Source: Chrysomallon squamiferum
Taxonomy: Eukaryota > Animalia > Mollusca
DNA length: 64,000 nucleotides
Assembly: GCA_012295275.1 (NCBI GenBank)
Contig: CM022672.1
Coordinates: 20,398,001 to 20,462,000 of the forward strand
Reading direction: 5' to 3'
Below, piece by piece: positions 50,701-62,966 of this stretch. A program made the position numbers and the translations under genes. Within the stretch, counting starts at the first letter, position 1. Every line of letters begins with the position of its first letter. Under the pieces are notes generated by a model. That model was not told where the DNA came from. It ran no database searches and saw nothing but the letters and a program-made list of their open reading frames with translations.

Positions 50701-50862
50701 GGTAGTAGCCTACCTACGTATTATGTATCCTGTCGATAATAACCTCATATACCCGGATGTAACACGAACAATCGTGAGGCTCAGGTAAAATATGTAAATG
50801 TGGTAAAAAAGAAAAGCTCTGGTTAGGTAAGTAAATGAATACGGTCTGAGTCATCGACTGAA

Positions 50863-51060
<198 letters not shown>

Positions 51061-51178
51061 TATTATTTGAGCAATAATTATGAATAAAACGAAATCATGA
51101 TTTTATAGTTTTCGAACATCACTTGAAAGGGGCATGAAAACTTTATTTTAATTTTATTATTATTATTTTGTTAAAAGA

Positions 51179-51213
<35 letters not shown>

Positions 51214-52409
51214 AAAAGATGTCAGTCGTTTGCACTGTTACTGCTGTAAGCTAAAAGTGTTTTTTTTACACAATTATCGGACCTAACAGAATGGAACAGC
51301 TTTAGCAAAGTCATACTCAAATGCACCTTTTATTCACAAGCTACATTCACAGCTATCTTGTTTCTTAACATAGTCATTCAAGTGAATACCAAGAAAAAAA
51401 AAAAAGATTACGATCCTCTTCTTAACAATAACTATACTATATTTTTTAAGCCATGTGTTATTAAGCCAATGCATATATACTGAGAGAAAAAAAAAATGTT
51501 TAGTTAAAAAAAAAAAAAAAATGTTTCAGTTATTATATTCATACTTTTCGATGGTATGCCAGTCTGTATTACAGTGTTCACTTAACACCGTTTAAGAATT
51601 ATTATTCATACTGTAATGTCAGCTTGTGATTACAATGTTCAGTTAACACCTCTTAAGAACTATTATTGATATTATTCGGTTGTATGTCACTCAGTGATTA
51701 CATTCATTTCACTTCCTTGATCAACGTTTTTCATTTAGGTTAATTTTACTTCCGTTTTAAGCATACATCACGATTTATTCCTTTTTTTTATAATGGTTTT
51801 TATTTATTAAGTGTTTTATTTATTTAACTTACTAAACTAAATGCTTGAAGTTTGATTTGTATTCGATCATTTTGTTTTTAAATTATTAATGACGTAAACG
51901 AGTGTTGTATATTTGTTTTACAAATTGATATATAGTTTACAATACATAATGCTATTGCAGTTCTTCAACACATAGCAAATGATAGCACAGTATGTTGTTA
52001 TGACGGTTATTCTACACTTTTTTTTTCTTCACTTTGGACTCATACATCTTGTTAATAAAATGAATTTTAGCGATGGAAATTTGTACCGATGTAATGAATG
52101 CTTAACAAAATATTTGGCATACATAAGGCACCTCGTTAATAGGAACCAAATCTTAATGTGAAAATATTGCTGAAATTTTGATACATTTTCTAATTTTTAG
52201 TGATTTAAATAAAACATCAAGTAGGAGTAATTGTTATTATAATTTGAATTTGCTTGCGTCAATTTGCTTCAAACTGAGATCATCTTGAAAATTAGATTAA
52301 GAGGGCAAACTGTTTAATAATTTCTTTTTGATCAGTCGAGAATGTTTTGAATCAGATCGAGTGTTTTGGCTCAAACAGTGACTATATTTCAAAAAAAAGT
52401 TTAAAGTAA

Positions 52410-55400
52410 AAAAGCGAAAAATGTACATCCTGAAACCATTCAGAGATTCTTCTAATTTTCATCACAAAAGAATTTTGTTTTCACCCACCTCGAAGTGAAC
52501 TGCAGGATGTCCGGCAATTGATGTTTTAATGTGAATAAGCTTCTCAATATTTAACATAGGACATAACAATATTAAGTACTGAATGACCATACACTCATCA
52601 CTATACATTTTTAATTGAGGGTGTGTCTTACAAGCATGCTGTTACGTATTTCACGGGTTTTGTTTTCGTGTATCAGTTCAGTTTAAAAATAGGAAAAGTT
52701 CGGAAAGAGAATATTTTCTAATATCATTTTAATTTTATTTTATTGTATTACAGCTGACGTGTTCTGTCGGAGTGATTTTATTTTACATGAGTGTGTGTGA
52801 AGAGGCACGTCGGTGTAAAGGGCATGCATAATTTATCTCTGTGCACGTTCTCGGTCACTGTTTTAAAACAGCTTCTTATATCGTTAATAGCGTACGTTTT
52901 TGTAGATATAACTTTCTTACACCAACAAAAGCAATTTCAATAAGGCTAAGCTTTTCTTGACTTTGTTTTTATAATTTTGTTTTTATTGTAAATATTCTTT
53001 TCTTATTTTTTAATTTTTTTTTTTTTTTTCAACCCCTTATGTAAATCATGCAATAACTGGTATCTTCAGATGGTATTTGAAAATTATTGATAATGGTATC
53101 GAAACTGACTCATGGATAAAGTTAACAGTAATGAAGATACTAAATTCATAATTAAATTTGTATAAAAAAATTATTATTATTATTATTTTTTTTATTTATA
53201 AACAATACATAAAATATCATCTTAATATAATACCTGATTAAACGTAGTAAGAACTGTAATTAATTTATAACATTAAAAGTGTTTTTTTTCTTTTTTGAGA
53301 ATAATATTTCAACTTATGGTCTAGAACAGGCATGGGCAACCTTTTTCTAGAAGCTGGCCACACGAGACATGACTCATCCTCAGGCGGGCCGCAGGAACTA
53401 ATTTAGGCTATTTTGCGGAATCGCAGGCGAAGGAGGTAACTCAGTATCAACGATTAGCTATTCCGGCTGCGGAAGCCCATACACGTCAAAATAAATGTGT
53501 TTTTTTTTTACGAAGAGTTTATTTTAAGAAATTTTTCATTTTCGTTTACTTCAGGAACTGTTATAATAAAAAAAATTACAAATGTGTTTTAGTTTATTAG
53601 TAGATACAAAATAGAATCATTTAATAAAAAAAAAAAAAAAAAAATAAATACAGAAAACAACACAGAAATATTTTTTAATACAATAAAACCTTTTTTAGTG
53701 AGGGAAAGAGTGCGTGTGAACAAGTGAGGACGAAACGAGACAAAGAAAATTTGAACTAACGTTATTTTCCTTGTAAAATTAGGCGGCTTACTCGGAAAGT
53801 CCATGACTGGCTGGGCTAGGAATTAAATTAAATGAATGAAAATACATTATTTAGAAAATGTTACTGTTTAAAGTGTTGTTTTTAAAAGAAAGAAAGAAGA
53901 AAAAAAAAAAAGAAGAAATAATCACTGAAAACTAGAAAGTTGTATAAAATAGTCTGAGAATTTTTTGATCTCATACATCACAGATTTCAAATGAAAATAA
54001 TAAAAAGTAGATACAGAATGAGAGAAACAGAAAGAAATAGAAAGTGTCTACACACGTACGAACCCACGCAGACGAAATTACACTTACACAAAAAGCACAC
54101 ATCTATATATATGACTGTATATATGTGTGTACGTAGGTATAAATATATGTTACACATACTAGGTTTCATTGTACAAATATAAACAGAAAACAGAAATAGC
54201 AAATTAAGAAATACTTAATATATTTCATTTCATTAAAACAATACTGTCCACGGTATTTATAATAATTATTCACCGATTTCTTTTATTATTGTTCTTTTTA
54301 ATTTCCATTCAGTTAAAAATGAAAAATAACCGATGATTAAGAAAGATATCATTTCACTGCACTCTGTTAGTGATATTTACTGTTTTTCCAGGAAAAACGA
54401 TAAATGAAAAATGAGCATCTAGAAACGGTTCAGAAAAAAAAAAACCTTTTCTTTTCTTTTCTTTTTTTCGCGTAACTCAAACTGAACTGCAGGATGTCCT
54501 GCAAATGGCGTTTTAATGTGAATAAGTTTCTAATGTTTAATACTGGATATCACAATATTAAGTATTGAATGAACTCACATTTATCACTATGAGTTTTTAT
54601 ATGAAGGTGTGTCTTACAAGCATGCTGTTACGTACTTTCGGGAGTGTTCTTTTCCTGTGTCTATTCAGCTTAAAAACAGGTAAAGTTCATGAAAGAGAAT
54701 ATTTTTTTAACATTATTTCAGTTTACTTGTGTTGTATTACCTCACATATCAGCAGGACTGACGCATTTAGTCGGAGTGTTTTTCTGTCATAAGAGTGCGT
54801 GCGTGTTACTTGCGTGCAGGGACGTCACTGTAATGGCAATGCATAATTTGTTTAAACTCTGTGAAACGTCTTGGATCACCGCTTTTAAAACAACTTGTTA
54901 TATCATTAATACGTTTTGTACGTATAGTTTTCTTAAGTGTTTTTGCAGGAGCCATTTTCAACAAGGCTAAGCCATTGTTGATTTTTTTTTCTTTTTAAAT
55001 ACTGACGTCGGTCATATAATAACTGGTATCTTAAAATAAATTTGAAAAATATTAACAATGGCTTAGTAACTCACACATGAATAAAACGAACAGTAATGAA
55101 GATACTAAATTCATGGTTAAAATCTGTAAAAAATTTAGTTTTTTTAAAAACAATTAATAAAATATCATTTTAATATAATGCAGTTCTTGATTAAACATAA
55201 TAAGCACTGAAAATAATTTATAATATTAAAAGTGTGTGCTAGATTTCTGGAAAATATTTCAACATACGGTCTTGAAAATAAATGAATTATTTAGAAAATG
55301 TTATTGTTTAAGGTGTTTTTTTTTTTAAAGGAATTAATTACTGAAAACTACATTTATAGTGTTAATTATAAAATAGTTTGAGAATTTCTCGATCTCATAC

Positions 55401-55811
55401 TTCACAGATTTCAAATGAAAATAATGAAAAATAAATGCACACTGAGAGAAACAGAAAAAAATACGCACGAACACGTAATTACACTTACACAAACCATACA
55501 CATTTATATACCTACGTATACATTTATATAGCGATATATATCTGTATATAAGTGTGTATGTAGGTATATATGTTACATATTCTAGGTTTCATTGTAAAAG
55601 TAAAAACAGAAAACAAAAATAGCAAATTAAGTAATACTTAATATATTTCATTTCGTTAAGACAATACTGTCCACGGTATTTATAATAATTCTTCATCGAT
55701 TTCTTTTATTATTATTCTTTTTAATTTCCATTCAGTTAAAAATGAAAAATAACCGATGATTAAAAGAGAAATCATTTCACTTCACTCTGTTAGTGATTTT
55801 TACTGTTTTTC
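52410..55811. repeat. Older tandem duplication of the 3' end and 3' UTR of the LU-basic-tail gene
   Basis: ~52410-54389 aligns colinearly with ~54395-55811 (e.g. gaactgcaggatgtcc, cttacaagcatgctgttacgta, caatactgtccacggtatttataataatt). The left copy ends with the last codons GKNSKYH* versus GKNSKNH* in the gene, and carries the hAT insertion. Confidence 0.85.
53327..53835 (+). mobile_element. Truncated hAT-type element
   Basis: Begins CAGGCATGGGCAACC...GGCGGGCCGCA, a typical hAT-Charlie left end, after gtctagaa. It is absent at the paralogous empty site (~55269-55285). No right TIR seen, so the right boundary is approximate. Confidence 0.65.
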
Positions 55812-57005
55812 CCGCCAGATCGTCGTCTGCCGAATGGATTTCGGTTATTTCTTCCTGTACCGAATATTCCGTTGATGACTCGTATCACAAGATTCTCACT
55901 GCCAGGATGTTTTACCTTTTGCGAGATTTTCCCTACGGGCTTTGTAGCTCTGCTGTTTGATTTTCTGTTACTTGAAAATGGATTTTTCCCGTCGTTCATT
56001 CCCCGATTCGAACTTCGATGCCCTCGATTTCCATTCCGTCTGTTTGTTCTGTTTCTGTTGGGTCTATTACTGTTTCCGCGCCCGCCAGTGGGTATGCGAT
56101 TATTTCGCAGCGGTCTTTTGTTATTTCCATTGCGAAGTCTTTTCATTCTGTTCATGTTCCCGGCTGTTCTCTCATTATTACGATTCCCGTTTGAATGCTG
56201 CCTTCTTTCGTTATTAGTGCTTCCAGCTCGTTTCCTCTTCGAACCACGTCCTGTCGTTCTAGGACTGCCAACAGTGCGCATGCGTCCTTGCTTTCCAGTT
56301 TGATTCGATCTTCTTGCTTTGTTGTTGCTTCCGTCATCCATTCTGTTACTGTTGCTAGGCACCGGCAGTGGAGTCATGGCCATTGTGTTACACAATGCTG
56401 TACTGCAGTAGCAGACCTTTTCACCCGCAACGGTGATACATCCTTCAGAGGGGACGTCAACGTCGGGGGGAACGTAGACACTATTGGAGCAGCCTCGCAC
56501 AATACCTGAAAGTGTACACGAAGGCCAAATTGTGGTCATTAAATCATGACATCATCATCATCATCATCATCATCAACATCACCATCAAAGTGATGACGGA
56601 CACCACAGATATAAATTTGATTAACATTTGACGGATATATATATATTTCATCAACATGGAGTCAATATCATAACATTCGCATACGTATTACACTATTATA
56701 TACTTGTTTCAGTGTTGTTAACCGTTTTAACCATATTGAAATCCTCATATAATGATGTTCATTGATATCCAATTTTTTTTTTTTTTGTAATTTTTTTTTG
56801 TTTTTTTTTACACCAGGCACTTCCGTGTTGTAAAAATGTTACCTACTTCCAGAGTTTGCCTTGCTCTGCTTCACCATGCAGTTTCCCGGAGCGCACGTGG
56901 CGTTTGTCACGAGTTCTGTGTCCAAGCTGCCGTCAGCAGGACACAAAGGGTTAACTTTGTCAGGCGTCCCGCTGTTGCATTCATAACATCGAATCTCCTC
57001 GTCAC
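55790..57005 (-). CDS. Ly6/uPAR (three-finger) domain protein with long Arg/Asn/Gly-rich basic tail; last two exons, upstream exon not identified
   Basis: Exon 56847-57005 (DEEIRCYECNSGTPDKVNPLCPADGSLDTELVTNATCAPGNCMVKQSKANSG, phase 1-1) and terminal exon 55790-56505 (IVRGCSNSVYVPPDVDVPSEGCITVAGEKVCYCSTALCNTMAMTP, then a ~190-aa basic tail and TAA). 10 Cys, same intron position as the other LU domains in the window. Confidence 0.82.
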
Positions 57006-57272
57006 CTGAAAACGAGTACGTTTATATCAGTGCAAAGCTTTTTAAACTGAAATTAAGAAATGACATTTTAATATGTTAATTAAGAATTAAGTAAATGACA
57101 TTTAATTAGTGATTCAAATAGTTAGCTGAGAAGATTACAAATGCTTAAAAAGTAATTAACAATTAATAATTAAGTTAAATGTATTAGAAATCTAGTTAAA
57201 TAACAGTTTTTATTATTATTATTATTGTTGTTGTTGTTGTTGTTGTTGTTATTATTATTGTTGTTGTTGTTG

Positions 57273-57314
<42 letters not shown>

Positions 57315-57700
57315 GGTTATCCATAAAAACTAATTGAACGCCAAAAATATTAAAGAAATTCAATAACTTATAATATACATTTTTAGTAACATTAATAGCA
57401 GCCGTTTTGGAAACTGAATAAAATAACAGTGATACAGACATGAGACACTTTGTATTCAAACACGTAATACAGGGAACAAAACATGATTAAATAAAGCAAG
57501 AATATTTATTTACAAAAGCAACAGAAGCGAGGCAAGTAAAAACCCTGCTGAAGGCATATTTATTTTTTGTATTAAAAAGCACAAGAATCAGAAAAACGAT
57601 AAAACAGATAAATAAAGCAGCAACAAAAAAAAAAAAAAAAAAAAAAAACGAAGCAAAAAGAAAACAACGAAGAAAAAATGTAGTATGCAGAAAAAGGAAG

Positions 57701-57738
<38 letters not shown>

Positions 57739-59164
57739 AAGAGATATTTATAGTTTAAAGTACACTTTCGGTGAAATGGATAGAGATATGATGTCTTAAA
57801 GTTAGGCGTGTCGATTTTTTTTTTTTTTTTGGACCCACTCAACATATTATGATAATAACACTAAAATTAATGAAAATAAATAAAGCCTAAAGAAAAAGAA
57901 AAGAAAATACATCAAAAACAGTGAAAAAGACATAATGCATAAACAGCTGAAAGCAATCAAAAGTCAAAAACAGTGATACAGATCTCAAAGAATATGCGTA
58001 TATATATATAAACTATTATGAACGAGAAATGACTTAAGCTAAAATGCAAACTGCTTGTGACTGACATATTTCACATGGAAAAATAAACAGGCAAAACTAC
58101 ATAAATAATAAGCTGTAAATACATCATTTAGCAGAGAAAAGCAAATTCAACTATATAAGCTATGAATTAAGACTAAAGATTTTAATAGATTTTATTGGGT
58201 ACTTTTTGAGAAAGGAAAGAATGGTCTGCATTTTTATACTTCCAAGTTATTTTTCTTCTTCTTCTTCTTCTTCTTATTATTATTAATATATTCTCAGGTA
58301 GTTATGGATATTTCGTTATTATATTTCTATATGCGAAATAACGTTACGAAAACCCAAAATTTCAGACTTCATGCATTATTGTAAGCTTGTTATTTTATTG
58401 TTATATTTTTTACTGCTTAAAAACAAATGGACTTTGGAAAGAACCTGAATATTAACTTGGAAGTATAAATAATGTATTTAGGCCGTTAGTTCGTTGAACA
58501 ACAGATACATTTCAATGGGTAGACAAATCGATGCGCACGAGCTCTGAGAAGAAAAGGATTATTTACAGAAGACTGTGTGGTAAACGCCAGTATAAACTAA
58601 TGAAGCTGAGATAATCTAAAAGAAGAGATATATCAGAGGGGCTTAGCACAGACGCAATCCGTTCAGAAAAAAAAATCTCTACGTAAACGTACCTTCCCGA
58701 GTAGGTGAAATCCTTTTGTGATGCAACGATTCATTAATAAATACAAGTAAACTGTTTGTTTGTGTATGTTCGTGTGAGAGTAAGTATTTCATTTCATTAT
58801 TAAAAAACTGATTTTTATGTATGAAATATGTATTAATCTGTGCTTGTACCTATGTACGTATGTATGTGTGTATCTATGCATGCATCTATGCATGTATGTG
58901 AATATCTGAAGGTACGTATCTATCTATCTATGCACATATCACATATATGTATGTATGTATATTTCGTGTGTGCAAGTATGTATATAGATGTTTTTCGTAG
59001 ACATCATTGTGATGAATAACTTACAAGATGAAACAATTAATAAGTTACGTTATAATCAAATAAATCTATATCGCTAAAATGGCACCCAGTGGCTCGTTCG
59101 ACAAGCGTCAATTCTTGTACAATACTCCAAATATGCCGAAACACATTTTAAATGATCTTTTACA

Positions 59165-59196
<32 letters not shown>

Positions 59197-59620
59197 TAAA
59201 TTAGTTAAAGAAAGAAAAAGTAAAGACTGAAAAAAGAAAGAATGTTAGAAAGAGAACAAATAAGTTTTCACAGAAAAATAATAAAAAAGCATCAAAGTAG
59301 TTCTCGATATCTTCTTTTGACATTTTATTTAATTGTTAATAAAAATCTGAAAGACAAAATCATAAAAGTCTTATTTTTTTTAATCAGTTAATCTTTGATA
59401 ATTTAATCATCTACACCTTCCACGCTGTTCTTTTATTTATAAACGGATTAGAAAATAAAAAAACAGTTTAACATTACTATGTTTCATTTTAAATTCTTAT
59501 TTTGGTTTATTTTTTTAACTTCTTTCAGCTGTTAGTGTATTATTTCTACGTCTAGAATTCACATAATAGAACAAAATAATAAACAATTTGTGCTTTTAAG
59601 TTAATGTCATTATGCTGAAG

Positions 59621-60891
59621 TTAATCTCCGCCAGCGCCACCCATCATTCCTGCTCCGCCCATTCCACCCATCGTGCCCGGTCGTCCGTTATTTCCCCCAC
59701 AGCAGCCGTTTGAGGAAGTCCTTCCTCCGCTGTTTGGCGAGTTCCCACCTTAACGAAGGCAACACATTAATTTGAACATAATGTAGAGTAATATGCAGTG
59801 AGGTAATATAACACAGTGTGGCACAGTATAGCCTAATGTATCTTTTAATAATGTAAGTAAACATAACGTATTATATTACGAATGGAATATAATATGAAAT
59901 AATATAATATACTGTTGACCCTAGATTTTACGGACCTTGGTTTTCCGTATTAAATCCGAAATAAATCACAAAATGTGAACTCACCGCCAGTTTCCCCACT
60001 TGAAACCTTATCTCTAGGTACTGTTAAATTATTTTATGTACCGCTATACGATTACGGCAAGCCTCTCCCTACCCAGTTCCATCAATAACCATCTTAACCT
60101 AGCAAACTTCACCCAAATTAGCCTACATTTTTCTACTGTATATTTATCATTACATGATTATACTATATGACATTTGTTTATCGTTGCTTTTGTGTCTGTC
60201 TATTGTTCTTACATTACATTATGTTACTGTGTTACATAATTCTTATGAGTACCAAAGTTTAATGTTTCGATAAATTTTAGGGTTAGTGTTTACATTCGCG
60301 ATTTCCAAGACTTTTGCATTTTCCGGACTGGTGCTCGCCGCTGTTAGTCCGTGAAATTGCGGGTCGACAATGATATAATATTAAATCACACAAAATTTCA
60401 AATACATTAACTTAAACAATAGTCGATCAGTAGTTGTTTCTGCATCAGCTATTATTACTTTAAAATAATCTCACAATTATTAAATTCAGTGCCTAAACCC
60501 TAACAGTGTTATAATTCTTTTCTGGAGTGATGAATTATTATTATTGTTATTATTTAAAATTCTAGGTAAATGCTGAATATAACTTTACAGCTAATAATAA
60601 TAATTATACAATATTGAAAATTATTGCAGTCAGTCAGGTTAAAACTAATCCCCTTGGCTCCAGCTGTTACCATTGTTGTTGTTTCCGCTGCTTCTGCCGC
60701 TGCCACCACCTCCACCAAGTGGTTCCATTGCCATTGTGTTACAAAGATCCTGACTGCAGAAACAGATTTGTTCTCCGTTGATAGTCGTACAACCGTCAGT
60801 GGGAAGATCTTGACCAGGAGGAGTCCAGATCTGATCAGAACAACCTCGCAATATCACTGGAATATTAACAAAGTCATGGATCATAAGATTG

Positions 60892-60932
<41 letters not shown>

Positions 60933-62913
60933 TATAATTACAATAAATGAGACACAAACATATGAATCTAGAATTAATTAGAATTATATTAATTAGTAAT
61001 TAAACCTACATGCCGGGGTGGTTGCTGTCTGTCTAACAATGCAGCTGCCGGGACATTCCGCTGTTGACAACAAGCCGGTGACGAGGTTGCCGTCGGCGGG
61101 ACAAAGGGTATTAGGTCCAGCACTGTTACATTCATAACACTGAATTCCTGAGCCGGCAGGTGGAGCTGAGCGTCCGTTTGTGTTTCCTGCAATATATTCA
61201 TTGAAAGATTTGATAAAAGAAAACAGAACAGGAAATAAATAAATAAATAAATAAATAAATAAATTAAAGTATACAACAAATAGAAGACTAAAAATATTAT
61301 TACTGAAGCAACAGAACTTCCTCCATTAAACTATTCCATCCTCCTAAATAAATCCGTTAACCGTTCCATCTTCCTGTGTATCCGTTATTGCAACCAAAAA
61401 AGAAGTACCTTTCCTCCGTTATTACCATTCCATCCTCCTGTACCTCTTCCTCCATTATTACTGTTCCATCCTCCTGTACCTTTCCCTCCGTTATTGCTGT
61501 TCCATCCTCCCGTACCTTTCCCTCCGTTATTACCATTCCATCCTCCTGTACCTTTCCCTCCGTTATTGCTGTTCCATCCTCCTGTGCCTCCCCCTCCGTT
61601 ATTGCTATTCCATCCTCCTGTACCTTTCCCTCCGTTATTACCATTCCATCCTCCTGTACCTCTTCCTCCATTATTACTGTTCCATCCTCCTGTACCTTTT
61701 CCCCCATTATTACCATTCCATCCTCCTGTACCTCTTCCTCCATTATTACTGTTCCATCCTCCTGTACCTTTCCCTCCGTTATTACTATTCCATCCTCCTG
61801 TACCTCTTCCTCCATTATTGCTATTCCATCCTCCTGTACCTTTCCCTCCGTTATTACTGTTCATTCCTCCTGTACCTCTTCCTCCGTTATTACCATTCCA
61901 TCCTCCTGTACCTCTTCCTCCATTATTGCTATTCCATCCTCCTGTACCTTTCCCTCCGTTATTACCATTCCATCCTCCTGTAGCTTTCCCTCCGTTATTA
62001 CTATTCGAGCCACCTTGGCCACTTCCACCTCCAGTATTTCTTCCATAACCACCATTTGTACCACGATTGTTGTTGCTGCCGATATTCCGACCATTGTTGA
62101 TGTTTCCATTACCATTAGCACCATCACCACCGAGTGGTTCCATTGCCATTGTGTTACAAAGTTCCTGACTGCAGAAACAGATTTGTTCTCCGTCGATAGT
62201 CGTACAACCGTCAGTGGGAAGATCTTGACCAGGAGGAGTCCAGATCTGATCAGAACAACCTCGCAGAATCACTAGAATATAAATCATAAGATTATAGATA
62301 AATAGATAGATAAAAAGGAAATTTAAGTTAAAAAATAAAATATATAAAAAAGTAACTGTCACATTTGCGCTGAATGAAGCATATAATGATTAGAATTTAT
62401 TTAAATAGTCGTAGAAGACAGTTTGAAGAGTTATGCTATAGGTAATTAGTCTTAACATTAAAGAATATGCAGTTTGTAATTGGAATTATATTCAACAACA
62501 ACCAACAACGACGACGATAACAACGACAACAACAATACTGACACTAATAATTTTTTGTTTTTAATCATGCTGTCATCAGAATTGTTTACTTACATGCTGG
62601 CTTCGTCTTCGTCTGCCTAACAATGCAGCTACCGGAACATTCCGCTGTTGACAACAAGCCGACGACGAGGTTGCCGTCGGCGGGACAAAGAGTGTTGGGA
62701 CCAGCACTGTTACATTCATAACATTTAATACCTGATCCAGATGCAGATCCTTGTGGTCCTGCAGGTTGCGAAGAGCGACCTCCTGAAATATCTGAAGATG
62801 AATAAATGAAATATTATACTATTTGTTTCATGGTCATAACAAAAACAATAATAACAGTAACAACAACAACAACAACAACAACAATAATAATAATTTTAAT
62901 AATAATGATGATG

Positions 62914-62966
<53 letters not shown>

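Noticed and set aside
55872-56509. Plus-strand hydrophobic ORFs (143, 86 and 104 aa)
   Set aside because: Antisense shadows of the Arg/Asn-rich minus-strand exon.
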